From NCBI RefSeq assembly GCF_000143415.4, contig NW_003314408.1, positions 241,860-305,859 of the forward strand: a stretch of DNA of 64,000 nucleotides, in the 5' to 3' direction. The stretch is from Selaginella moellendorffii. Lineage: Eukaryota; Plantae; Lycopodiophyta. Below are positions 46,876 to 59,913 of the stretch, piece by piece. Both the position numbers and the translations under genes were made by a program. Every line of letters starts with the position of its first letter. The stretch's first letter is position 1. The notes below the pieces were generated by a model. That model made no database searches and was not told the origin of the DNA. It saw nothing but the letters and a program-made list of their open reading frames with translations.

Positions 46876-49800
46876 TTTTGCCTCTATATTTGTGAGTCTA
46901 TAAAGATACTACATTAATAGCTCTAAAAAATAAACAAAGATTGCAAAAGTCCTCTTTTAGTTTCTCCCATGGCACCTTTACCCACTAACATAGCTTACAT
47001 GATTTTCAATACTTGGAAGATATTAATTTTTATATTCCTCTATTAAAATTACATTTAATCAAACTCATATCTTAACAGGGGTGTTGCAGAGCTGAAAAAG
47101 TGTGGCATAGTATAAACTCTTGAATTTAGACTTCTTGAGAAATCACTCCAACTCAATATTATTCAAATCTAAAGACATTTAAGTATAAAACCTTTAACCA
47201 ATTGGAAAAAGGTCCTTCTCCCTTTATATTTGAACTTAATAAATTGTCTCTTAAGTCATTCTTTTTATAATTTAACTTGATTCTCTAGAAGTCTACGCTT
47301 TTATGAATGGAAGTTGAAAGTTGTAGCTCTCCCAAGAGCTTTACTCTCTTGACAACTTACCCAAACTAGGTTTGACAGATGTCAATCTCAACATATGATG
47401 TGATTTCACTAACTAACCAATAGAGTCAAACCTGAGACCTCCTTGATACTAAATATAAACTCATGAATTTGGACTTCTTGGGAGTTCACCTAGCCCAATA
47501 TTATTCAAATCCAAGACACTTAAACTCAAGTATCTCAAAACCCTTAACCAATTGAAAAAAGAATGCACTTTTATTCATAAATCTTTCCACTTTATTTGAA
47601 CCTAATGAATTGCTTCTCAAGTCGTTCTTTTTATACACTTAGATATTCCACTTCTAACTTTACAAATTTATATTTACTTTTCTTCACGTAAAGTTTGCTA
47701 TTATATAATAATATGAAAACCTTGCACAAATACACCTTATACTCCTCCATATTCTTGTTAAAAACAATCTCCATAAACTCATAAAAAGAATGCCTAAACA
47801 CCTCCATCATCAACCGAATAAATATAGTTGGTGTATTTATCAAACCAAATAGCATAATTATGTACTCAAAATGCTCAAAGCTCATGTTGAATGTTATTTT
47901 GAAAATATATGTGTTATTCATTGCAATTTGATGATATCCACTCTTCATATCAATCTTGGTAAACACTTAAACTTCACCAAGCTTGTCTAAAATATTATCT
48001 ATATGTAGCATTTGCATTTTATCTTTCACCATCTTTTTGTTCAATACACAATAGTCAATATATATTTACATTGACCCATCCTTCATCTTCATAAATAAGA
48101 CTAGTGCACCAAAAAGAGACTTACTTGGTTAAATAAATCCAAAGTCAAGTAATCCCTTCATTTATTATTGAACTTCTTGTTCCTCTATATAGTTTACCTA
48201 AAATGGACACCAGTAAATTGGCCTTGTCCCTAGCTCCAAAGTAATTTTATGCTCCACACTTTGTAATAGAGTTAGCCTATGAGGAAGTTTGGATAGAAAA
48301 GCATCGAAAACTTTTTTAATACATTCCTCTCTTGCACATGTGCCTTAGTCTCCTAAATCATGAATAAATAGCAAGTAACTCAAAAGTGGCTTTCCATTAT
48401 GATAAGCTCACTTAAAAAATGTAGCAAAGAACATAACAATTGAAGGCTAAATTCTCTCTCCAAACCATATATCCTTAATGCCATTATACTCTAGAAAGAC
48501 ACATTTAATGCTCCATTTTATTTCTAAATCCATCTTCACCAACCATAGCATCACAAGAATAGAACCCATATAAATGTTGTTTTGCTAACCAACACTTTTA
48601 ACCCTTCTACGCAAGCATTGACATGTTGAGTAGGGGTAATTGGACCTTCCACCATGTATGTGTTTTTAAGTTGTGCTTAACAAACTTTGCCAAAACAAAA
48701 TTGTCATCAGTCTCACTATCCAGTAAAATCCACATTGAACCTCTATAGAACATGCCCTTTAGCATTAAAGCTAATGCATGAGTAACCTCTATTTTGTTCT
48801 ATACATAGTTGAATTAACAAACAACGATCAAAAGCCTCTTCTTATGACCGGAATAGGCTTTTTTGTCATCCTCATACTGCAAATTTTGCAACTTCTTAAT
48901 ATACAACTTACTGTTATTAGAAGATTGGCTATTTTTTTTGCTATGTTGTTTTCTTCAGTTGTAGACAATCAACTTTGTAGTGTCTAAGCTCACCATAATA
49001 ATGACAATGTTTAACAAAGAACTTTGGCTTCTTTTACCCCTTTGCATCCAAAGTAGTTACCATAGACTTCAACTTGTGATATTTATTCCCATCTTTATGT
49101 CAATAGTGATAATCATGATTGTTCTTGACAAAAATACTCAAACACTTGTGAAACTCGTGTTTGTCATTGTTATGTTGATGAGCCACATCAAAAAGCTCCT
49201 TCAAACTCTTAAATGGCTAAGAATGATGCAAGTGTTGCCATATACTCTTGTTGTAGAGGCCATAAATGAAGTAAGATTTATTTTAATTTGGATCCTTTGT
49301 TGGAACACAACTAATGAAGTAAGTAAACTTCTCAATATAATTTCTGAGCGTCATTTTCCCTTATTGGAAATCTTGAAGTTCCATGTAAGCATTCTCCATG
49401 TCATAGTGAGGGGCAAAACATAAATAAAAAGTAACCTTAAACTCATCCATAGTAGACACTAATGATTTATTGTCTATAATACAAAACTCCTCAAGCCAAC
49501 TTTACTATTGAAAACTCATATCACATAAAACCATTGGAATAGTCATTAAAGCTTTTGCATCTAGAATTCCTCTAGCAGCAAAAAACTTTTTCATATTGGC
49601 TAGCCAAGCCAAAGACTCATTCACAGCACCATCAGTGGAAAAAGCTGAAATCTTAAATTAATCCAACAAGTAAGTTTTACTTAGAGTGCCACCACATCCA
49701 CACCCACGCATGGTATCATCATGTCATGCATCTCATCTTGCATCTTTTGCTAATTTTAATTAAGGGCTTGTATCTCATGACCAACATCTTGAATAATTCA

Positions 49801-50605
49801 AACTTCTGGGACTTCATTGGCAACTTCATTATGTGGTCATAACACAAATTATAGCAAATGAATGTTATAACATTTCCAAAACTTTAATAGACAAACTTTC
49901 AAGGAACCAATGTACCAAGTACCAACAAATTCATTTACAAGCTATAACAATTGAATGTTATAACTTTTCTGAAACCTCAATAGACAAATTCTTAAAAAAC
50001 CAAGGTACTAACACTATCTTTAGTCAAAAATACTACAATATTACTATTTATAAGTAAATAAATTAGCATCATTATCAACTATTTTAGGATTGATCATCAT
50101 TTGTAACTTTGTAAAGCAAGCAACTTTATAAATATATTGCTCATGATCACCAATATATGATATTGAAATCATAATGACTTGATTATTAATTACAAGGAAA
50201 GCCCAAATTAGTACTATAAAGATTTACATTAGTATAATATGCTAACTTTAATCAACAAAATACAACATAAATGCCACATTTCATTAATAGAGATTTACAA
50301 CACTAACACCACTAACATTATTTGCGGTATAGATAAACTTATGCCACTTTTTTTCCAACCAAACTCAAAATTTATCAAAAACCAAGGAACTCAATAAGTT
50401 CCAAAAAAAAGAATTAAGCATTATAACCCAAGTCTAAGCAAAATAGTTTAGCTCTTTATCACTACCCATTCCATGGCATACCATTTCTAAAACCACCATA
50501 ACTAACTTGTATTGAAGTAAGGATTCTTGATTACATGATGTGAACACGAGTAATAATATCACACCTTATTATAGATTATTTCTCAAAGAGGAAAAGATAA
50601 TTTAT
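46876..50605 (-). mobile_element. Decayed Ty3/Gypsy retrotransposon remnant (leader, gag, protease, RT, start of integrase)
   Basis: RT motifs FTKIDMKSGYHQI, FEYIIMLFGLINTP and KYKF..VEYL at 47640-48200; protease-like LLDSETDDNFV at about 48700-48730; integrase N-terminal remnant (LLQSL) at about 46880-47060; many stops. Confidence 0.85.
47111..47637 (-). mobile_element. Decayed TRIM with two 5S-bearing LTRs (Cassandra-like), nested in the Gypsy RT
   Basis: Related direct repeats at 47111-about 47275 and 47454-47637. A PBS-like TAGTATCA (minus strand, 47444-47451) lies just after the 5' LTR, and the internal part is about 180 bp non-coding. Flanks CATAG/CTTAG resemble a 5-bp TSD and split the RT motif EYL|GH. 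Confidence 0.72.
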
Positions 50606-51341
50606 AGTCCCTAATCTCTTTTTTCAAACTTAAAATAAATTAAACCTCAAGCTTGCACCCTCTAATGGAGTCACATTTAAGGATGTATGTCATTACAACA
50701 ATAACTTGCCTTACAACATTCTAAAAAAAACTATAACAAATATCTCTTAGTGCATTCATCCTTTTCTTTAAGACTTTTGCAGTTTATAAGTGATTTTAAA
50801 ATCCTTCTTTTGTGTAACTTGTGAAACATTTAATTACAATTGCTAATGTGGTGATATAATAACTTTTTTTTCATATTCAAATTTCACTAAACCTTAAGCA
50901 TGCATTCTCACTGCCTTCATTCTAGCCTAGCAATTAAACTCACCATCTAACCTTTTTTTCAAACTCAAACTTGACTAAAACTTAAACTTGTGTTCACACT
51001 GCCTTCATTCCGGCTTAGCAATTAGACTCACCATCACTGGGCTGCGATCAACAGCATGCTTGCAGCACATTCTCAGCCAGGAAGAGATTAGCACAACCAT
51101 GGAGCCCATGATCACCCTGCAGAGCACACTCACCATCACGTTGAGCTATGAGACGTCATTGTCAGTTGAGCTACAGTCGTTATATTTATCTCTTTGCTCG
51201 TTACAAAAAAGTATGATCAAGCTAGTGAACGATCAAACTAGTGAATGCCGCCTTGGATGATAAATTCCACTCCTGCCATGGAGAGCCACTCATAAACTGG
51301 TATGCTGCCCACGAGCCTCATCTCATGCTCATAAAATGTAC

Positions 51342-52739
51342 ATTGTCACGTTGAGTCAAAAAATTCCAACAGGTGCTTGTTGTCTCCAAAGTCCCTGGAA
51401 AGCAACAAACAACTATCAGTGATCCATGAGCATTCATAAATTTACAATACTGCTATAGTTGTGTTCTTGGAAGCCCCTGTAAAAAAAAAGTCATTCAGAG
51501 GGAACTAAGGAAATCCTTTTACCTTTATTCAACAAATACCCCTGCCTTTCATATGTGTCACGCTTGCCAGTAAAGCTTCCACGAGTGGAAACCGCTGGTT
51601 GTCCTTGCTGTTGAGAGCTCGGGCAACTTGTTCCAGTAGTGCAGCTGCGTCGACACGAGCAGGTCCAGTACCTGTATGAAACCTGAAAGAGTTACGTACT
51701 GAGAAACGAAAGCCTAGCGACTTAATACCAAGAACATCTTTAGTTAGAAGTGGTGCTGTAGCAGACGTGTACGAAGTCCACGCCACCTCCAACGCGCTCT
51801 TATTGTCAACCACCCTTGACATCTTTGTTAGTGGAAGGTGTGCACCCTCATCCCTGACAATTAACATAAGCCAAAATCAAAGAAAATTGAAAAACCAAAC
51901 CTGAACTGCTTAGCTAAGATGTAGGGGTAGGAGCCCTTGAGAACCTGTTGTATCTCACCCCATGCAGTAGTGTTGCAGCCACTCCAGAGTCTGTGTGTAG
52001 CGACCTAATACAAAAGAAGAATATTTTAAACACACAAAGGAAATTACCATACCAGGAAGTACGCTCGAGTTAACAAGCTGACATCCCTCGGCGAGAGACG
52101 AGCCCAGTCAGAATTCCCATGTTGCGCAATAGTCTTCAATGCTGCATACACGTTACCGGGGTACCCAGCTAAATCGCTGAGCCGGTCGTAACCTGAAATA
52201 TACCACTAAGAACTATTATTGTGAAATCTTTAATCCATACCTGACAGCTCCATCAAGTCGTTGACAGCTGCCTCCACTTCTGCTGGTGTCGGATTTCCCA
52301 GGTTCGGATTATTTATCGCCAACTGGATCCCAATCTCATGCTTGAAAGCATAGAGAGTTTCTAAGCGGATTTGCTTTAGAAACTCAAAATACTGGATTTG
52401 CAGCATGGTAATGGAGGAATCAGCTCCCAAAACAACGACCGTTTCTTTGTTCTGTCCAAACCTATGTAGTTCAGCAAGCTTTACTCGATCCAGTTCTTCA
52501 ATGTCGATTCCTGTGTCGAGGAGAACTCGAGCAAGGGGCTTCTTCAACGCTGCCACACCAGAGTCTGTAGATAAACTCGCAGAATTTGATGTAACGCCAT
52601 CACCGCTTGCCACATTGCCTGCCGACTTCTTCAATGTGCCATCACCGCCTGCTGGCTCCTCCATGCCAAGAGCCTTTGCTAATCCATCCCTGAAGGCCTT
52701 CCCTACAGAGACATACCTTCGCAGCTTGAAAACCCGCAT
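51342..52739 (-). CDS. Multi-exon gene of unknown function (3' end uncertain)
   Basis: A first exon of about 166 codons, then in-frame exons bounded by canonical short introns (YDRLSDLAGYPG..., VATHRLWSG..., DEGAHLPLTK...). No recognisable motif. Confidence 0.6.
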
Positions 52740-52798
52740 TGCTCTAGGCCCAGCAAAACCCTAGGCAGAGTCACAGCAAGCGAGCCAAGCCCTAGAAT

Positions 52799-54704
52799 AT
52801 GTTCAGGCGGCTGATTCACACAGCAACGGCGACTAGGAGTAGGAGCGGCATCCACACAGCAATCGCGAGTAGGAGTAGGAGCGGCAGCGAAGGGAGGAAT
52901 GTCTCTCAGGTGAGCAAACCACCCACCCAGGAAGCCTACAAAGAGTTTGGAGAGTTTCTGTGGATGGTGATGCTCCGCCTAGACAACCGTGTCCTCGGCC
53001 AAGCCTTTAAGGTGCTGGGCAACTCTGATCTTACCACCAGATGCCTCCAGGGGTATCTCCTGCATCACAGGCTCAAGTACACCGAAATTGTGGGCGGCCA
53101 ATTCCCCCGTCTTGAAAAACCACTCGGGTTTGACGACATAGGCGACTACCCCGTCCCATATACACACATGATCAAGCTCGTGGACGACGTCTGGGAGGAT
53201 GCAAAGCGGGACTCGCGTGGAGAGCCCCCCCTACATTACTGCACACGTGAAGAAACACGCCTCGTCCACGACTTTTGCCGGAGTCTTGCCTGCCGAGCCG
53301 AGAAGGAAGTCTTCTCCGGGGAGCCAAACGTGCACGAGTTGCAGGAGCAGGCGCGTCTGTTTGGCGCTGAGTGCTGGACCAGGTTCTTAGGTCTGCAGTC
53401 CAGCAACCTCACCATTCTGATCGAGGAGCAATCTAGCTCATATGCTACACCAGTCGTTCCATGCACTGATTTCTTCTCCAACGCTTCCTTGACGAAGTGT
53501 GCCAGGAGCATCAAGTTGGCGCAGGAGGTGGCTGATGCCGGGGGGCTGCCGCAGTTCCCTGATCACGGCGGTCTAGTTGCTCTCTACAACTTTGAGAAGA
53601 AACATGCTTACCAGCTGCTGCTAAACTGCCTCAAGCACATTGATAAAGGTATGGCTTTGATCCTGCCTGGAGTTTTTTATTTCTTTTTCTCTGTGGCGTG
53701 CAGGATATGACGAGCGCAATCTATTGTGGTCGTCCTTCGAGAACCAGCAGTTCTACACTGTCGATGTGCAAGTGCCGGGTAAGTCAACTGCAGACGACGT
53801 TATCTCATTTTTTGTTCTCTTGCGTACTACTGTACAGGTCTCTCGTCGCTGGATCAAGTGCATGTTGAAAAACATGGACGGGGTGTACTTGTTTCCACGG
53901 AGATGGACGTTTACCGCCCCGAGAAGCTTGCTGTTCCTCCTTACGCCAACGTCGACGGTTTAATAGCTAATCTGCAGGATGAGATTCTCACCATTCGCCT
54001 TCCCAGGGTGGCCGCTGCGCTCGAAGGGACAACCTCGACAGTGCCAATTGAGGACCGTGACGAGGCCGAGCTGGACACGAGTATTTTTTCTTTTTTTTCT
54101 TTTACCTCTACTAATTTCTTTTCCTTTTCTGCTGCAGCCACGAGCAAACGTCTCCAGGCAGCTATTGTAGATGACAAGCTTCACCACATTCTTCGTGTCG
54201 AAGTTCCAGGTATGTCCCTGAAAACTTTCACGTTTTCTCAATAGCTTTCTGTGCAGGCGTGTCGCGAGAGGAAGTGATTGTGGACAATACAGGGCCGGAA
54301 CTCGTCGTTAAGACCACTGCCAACGTCTTCCAGCAAACAAAGTTTAAGCTTCCCTCCAGTGCTGACGTGAAGCAGGCGAGAGCGTCTTTCTGGAACGGCT
54401 TGCTTACCATTCGCGTTCCCAAGAGTGCAACGGACACTCGCGAGCTGGACGCGAGTATATTGTGTTTTTTGTTTTTACCTCTACTAATTTCATTTCGTTC
54501 TTTGCTGCAGCCACGAGCAAACGTCTCAAAGCAGCTATTGCAAGCATCACCACATTCCTCGTGTCGAAGTTCCAGGTATGTCCCTGGAAACTTTCATGTT
54601 TTCTCAATAGCTTTTGCTTTGCGACCATGCAGGCTTGTCGCAAGAGGCTTGTCGCGAGAGGAAGTGATTGTGGCACAGAACGTCTTCCAGCAAAGGAAGT
54701 TTAA
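52799..54704 (+). CDS. Protein with an unknown N-terminal region of about 280 aa followed by two alpha-crystallin (HSP20-like) domains and a frameshifted third
   Basis: Exon 1 is 52799-53648. ACD1: YTVDVQVPG|LSSLDQVHV...VPPYANVDGLIANLQDEILTIRLP. ACD2: HILRVEVPG|VSREEVIV...FKLPSSADVKQARASFWNGLLTIRVPK. The third repeat has a 7-nt deletion that leads to a stop at 54704. Confidence 0.75.
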
Positions 54705-56475
54705 GTTGACCGTCTCTCCGGCTGGCTTACCATTTGCAGTAGGAACAAGTTTGTTATGTATTACAACTTCACAAGAAAGCAACCATATCCATGTTTAGCC
54801 ATCTTGAGATTTATTTTTATAAAGGTTTAGTTCCAATGAAGTTCTAAGAGTAAAATTATTCTATTTCTTTTTGTTAAGAAAATACTTAATTTAACACAAT
54901 AAAAGTATAAGATAATGAGTGTCATGTTTACTTTTTGGAGTTATTTTTCATACATGAATATTAATGTTTTTTTCATTAATATGTTTTCATCCTATGAGGC
55001 ACAACAGGATTCAAAACATGTAAGATACATTGTTGTTTTAAAATAGCTTAGAATATGCTTAGAATATTCTTTATATAGTTACAATTTTTTAATCAATTTT
55101 GTAGTCTAGCTTTTCACAAACCATCCAATGATATAATCAGGCATATTCTAGGATGATAAGGTTAAAACATTTCTTGGTGGTGAGTTTTCATGACATATGG
55201 AAGATTTAAGCATTTTCTTACTAATGGTTGAACAACTTATCATTTCAGTGGGACCCATCGGTCTGTGCCTAGAGCAAAAGCATTTCTTTCATTAACCACC
55301 TGAAACAGTGAATATTATGTGTCATATAGGCATCAACATGGCATCTGGCGGAAGGCTTGTATTTTATCATATTTTGCTTATGAAAGCCACAGCATCACTG
55401 AACCCTACACATGCACTACTTCAGAAGCAATATATGAATGAGAATATATTTTACTTTTAATTTCTTGAATGTTTCAAGAGTACTTCATTTTTCTATAATC
55501 TGAAGTTTAGAAGAAATTTAATGGATAAATAACAATTATGATTAAATAGTTATGCCTGGATATTATAGGAATATGTTTTTTACCAATAATAGAATCTTAG
55601 AACATAAAATTTAAATATTCCACATTTAGGGTCAACAAGTATTTAACTTGTTACAGACTGTGCACACTCCACAATCCCACACTCATTGTTTTCTATGAGG
55701 GAAGCTTTATCTGCATGTTTATCTCGTTAAAATTGATATAATTTGTCATGTCACAGCAACAAGTGTGTCGCAAACTCATGTCTTGTGGTTGTCGATGTCC
55801 AAGCTTATATGCAATGCATCCAAACTCTGTGTTGGTGCTGAGAGATCTTTGCTAGGGGTCCCCTATGACTTTTCAAATGGTGCTGGAGTTGGAAAAGTGC
55901 TTGGAGAAACCACCACTTGGGCAAATTCTTCACTGTGCTAGAGCAAAGGAATTGATGTGAAATCCTTAGATTTGTTGAAGCCAAGGGACCTTTGGACTTG
56001 TGTAGTGATGGTAGAGAAGTCAAGTGTTAATGTAGTTTAGTCTGTGTTGAAGAAGTTAATCATATTGCACTCAACAATTTAGACCTCTGGTAGCATATCA
56101 TCCTAAATAAGTTCTGGGAAAAGAACCTTGAGAGCTTGGTCAACTTTAGTGATGGAAGAAGCATCCACTTGACAAGTTGGATGGAATTCTGCCATGAAGA
56201 TGAACATAAAAATAAAGAAGGAAAAAGTAAAAGAAAAGTAATGAAAAGTTATAGATAATGAGATCTAGAAAAATCCATGCACTCTTTAGAGACAATCAGA
56301 GTTGCCCCTCACCTTCACCAATGTGAATGTATAGAATAAAAAAATAGAATATAATTAGTCATTGCAAAACCTTTCTTGAAAGTGTTAATTGTTGTAATAA
56401 AAATCTTTGCCATTGGGATAGTGCAGAAAAATCCTCATCACTTGATGTAACAATGCCACTTTCACTAACAGAGAA

Positions 56476-57135
56476 AATGAATGTTATAACTTCTCAAAAC
56501 CTCAATATGCAAACACTTAAGGAATTAAGGTACCATCACTAACCTAGTATAATGAATCATCTTTGAGAACCTAGTTAAAGATATTACAATACTACTATTT
56601 GCAAGTAGATTAAGGTCATTATCAACCACTTTAGGGGATATCATTGTTTGACCAAGAAACTTTGTAAACTCATCATTTACAATGATATAGATATGATATA
56701 AATTTAATTATTAGTTGAGCAACACCATAAGCAAGCCCACATTGATATTACAATTTTTTTCACTAGGTTTAAATGCAACATAAATGCCATATTTTATAGA
56801 TAGAAATTTACAACTCCGAACACCACTAACTTCATTCACAACATAGATAAGCACATGCCACTCTCTTTTTAATCAAACTCAAAACTAATTCAACACCAAG
56901 CTAATCAAGGATCAATAATAAGTTTCTCTAGAAAAGAATTAAACATTGTAACCTAAGCCTTTTAATAGCAAGCCTAAGTGAAATGGTTTAATGCTTCCCC
57001 GCTATCTAATCCATAGCACACCACCATAACAAATATGCATCAAAGCATGGACTCTCGATCATATAATATGAACACGAGAAATGAGATCATTATCTTATTG
57101 TAGATCATCTTTCGGAGAATGGAAGATAATTTATA
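56476..57135. repeat. Diverged second copy of the non-coding segment at 49857-50605 (Gypsy leader region)
   Basis: Colinear shared blocks such as AATGAATGTTATAAC, CAACATAAATGCCA, CACCACTAAC, ATGCCACT, GAACACGAG and AAGATAATTTATA. Confidence 0.75.
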
Positions 57136-57970
57136 TGTTTGATCCTTCATTCAAAATGACTCTCTTTTTGACTCAAGTTGACTAAACTTTAAACTTAGGT
57201 TTGTATTGTCTTTAATCCAATTATAAAAAAGTTTATGAGAATGACTACTCGAAGTAATAGACTAATCCATATAGTCTTATTTGACCTGCTCATAATCATG
57301 TATAGGAAGGATCCATTAGTACCTTGCTAAAAAGTTATAAACTAGCCTATATGCCATTTATAACAAACCTAGTGGATATTTATTTTTACCTATAGTAATA
57401 TAGTAATAAATTATGGTAACCACAGATAGGGTAACATTAATTCTACCAACTCAAAATGTAACATTAAGTTGCTAATGTATGAGCCTAAGCATATACAAAT
57501 GATATTTCTCAAATCCATCTTATAAGCCAAAGTAAAAGCTTATACAATTTGGTATAAATGGTATGTGCTAATATCTATACTTAAGAACATATGCAAAATG
57601 CACACACAAAGATTAATTTCTCAACTAGCTTGGGTGAAAATTGATAAAGGGTTTAGTAGTACTGACTTCCTGCCATTATGGCAATAAAAAAAAAATTTAA
57701 AAGGACTTGTTGATATGTAGCATTTGATACTTATAAGCATATTTGCAGCAAATACAAGTGCTAACAAAACTAACAAGTTATTATAAACTAGCGTTAAAAG
57801 AAAAAAATTTAGTCTCTCTAGACTATACTATATTTCCTCTTGAGGGCTTTATACCTCCATTCCACTATAAGTCTTAGGGTAAGTTAAATTCCTTACCTTA
57901 CCACGTCTTAATATACCTTTGAGCTTCCCTTCAACCTATGTTGACCACATGGTCAAAACTAATGTCTAAC

Positions 57971-59913
57971 AATTTCCCCCCCCCCCCCCCCCCCCAATAA
58001 AGTCTTTGTCCTAAAGATAAGTTGTACTAATGATTACCCTTTTTGAGGAACTTTATATAAGCTTTTGGTCCATCCTTCGTAATTGTACACATCAAAGAGG
58101 TGTTAGGCCCTTCACTCCTAGATAGTATACTTTTCAACTAGCTAACATAGATGAATTTTCACCCCAACTAACAGTGGCACCCAATAAGCTACTTTACCAA
58201 TGCGCTCTAACATTTCATATGGACTAACATATTTATAAAAAAATTTATAACTCTTCACACTCCACAAAGGCACTAAGGTGTTTTGCTGCTCACTTGATGG
58301 AAAAATCATTTGCACAAAGACAAGGTCTTCCACTATATATTCCTAGAATTAGTGATGTTTATTGGTAAACTTCTTCGCTTTGCCCTAAGATACTTGTAAA
58401 TTCCATTTGCGAAATCAATAAACATGTATGTACATTCCCTATATCCCAATGGGATTAAAAAAAATTGGGTGTGCTACCCTCTCAATGAGCTACTTTATGT
58501 GATCCTCTTGTGTCGCAATTAGACCTAATCCTGGAGTAGAAGTGGACATGCTCATCTCTTTTGGATCATGTCGATATCCAAGTCTCCCCATTGAGTTGAA
58601 TGTAGAACAGAGTTTAAGGGACACCACTGCTAGTGGATCTCACCATCTACCATTTTATCGAAATACGAGAGCCACATGATCCTCCATTCCTCTAGCTGTC
58701 TTGGTTTCACCCACTCTTTCAGGATGGTGTAATGAAGACGCACCATTGCAAGAATGAGTCTCCACCACGATGCCACCACCACAGATATCCTTATTTGTTG
58801 CCTATTGAAGTAACAATGTCCTCACTTATTTCCCATAAAAATGACAATGATTTCGTACCTCCCAAAGTGCTTACACTTCTGTTGCTCTCTAGATATATCA
58901 ACACTCATGGCCCATCACCTCCCAGATTGACATCCCGACTTCAACTCTTTGTAAACTCCTGAGTTTGGACTTCCCGGGAGGTCACCCAACCCAGTACTAT
59001 TCAAACCCAAGGACGCTTAACCCCAAATATCCCAAGACCCTTAACCAATTGGAAAAGGGGGTGCACTCTTGTTCATGGGCCCTTTCCCTCTATATTTGAA
59101 CCTCATGGATCATCTCTCAAGTCGTTCTCTTTGGTTGCTTACACTCTTGTCATGTCCCACCGGACTCGTATACTCCATCCATGCTGTAAATTCCATTTGT
59201 TTACCACTAGAATCCCATTAAGTTCTATAGACAAATCAATTGCCTCTAAATCAAGTTTGTTATGAACATCTTTGCTTAAATGCAAGCCCAACTCCAATGC
59301 TATTTAGAGATACCTTCCAAACATGGCAAAATATAAACTATATTTGTTCCACTATGTTAGCTATTGTTATAGGTGAATTGCACCACGAAAAATATAGGTC
59401 CCACTATCCATGCTTTTGGTCAATGCTATAGTGTAGCATATCCTCCAATACTTGATTTACATGTTTGATTTATCTGTTTGATTTCCACTTGAAAGTTTCA
59501 AAGTCATTTGGATAGCCTTTACAAAGCTCTTTTAGTGAACTTTAAGTCTTGATCACTGATGATGTCCTCTGCAAATTAAAATCAGGAAAAACCTTCTATA
59601 AGTAAACTATAACTACAATGACAGTCTTCCAAAAAGCCAACAACCACACATACTTTATCAATAATCTACTATAACCCACATTGCTCCTTTTGCCTTTATG
59701 TTTGTGGCAAATAAGTGATGAAGTTCATAAAAATACTTTAAAGAATAAGCAAAATTTGTAGAAGTCCCCTTTTAGCTTCTCCTGTGGCACCTTTACCCAC
59801 TAATAGAGTTTGCATGATTTGCAATATTTGAAAATATTAACCTTTATATTCCTCTATTAAAAATTACTGTTAATCAAACTCATGTCTTGCTTAGATGTCA
59901 CAATATGGCCTAG
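57971..59913 (-). mobile_element. Decayed Ty3/Gypsy integrase region with polypurine tract and start of 3' LTR
   Basis: Minus-strand remnants YCKSCK, GLLQIL, MNFITYLP, WVIVD, QTDKSKHVNQVLEDML and PYEMLERIGKVAY. A G20 tract (C20 at 57976-57995) is followed by TGTTAG at 57971. Confidence 0.82.
58950..59143 (-). mobile_element. Solo LTR (194 bp) containing a 5S rRNA internal-promoter segment, with perfect 5-bp TSD
   Basis: Termini TGTAA...TTACA, with CTCTT on both sides (58945-58949 and 59144-59148). The segment 58967-59021 is the reverse complement of the plant 5S rRNA A-box to C-box region, about 47 of 55 matches against the recalled consensus. Confidence 0.88.

Noticed and set aside
55760-56240. 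Protein-like plus-strand text with multiple stops
   Set aside because: Possibly a decayed gene, but no family could be assigned.
58967-59021. Functional 5S rRNA gene
   Set aside because: Only the internal 55 nt are present. The 5S 5' half and 3' end are missing, and the segment lies inside an LTR with a TSD.
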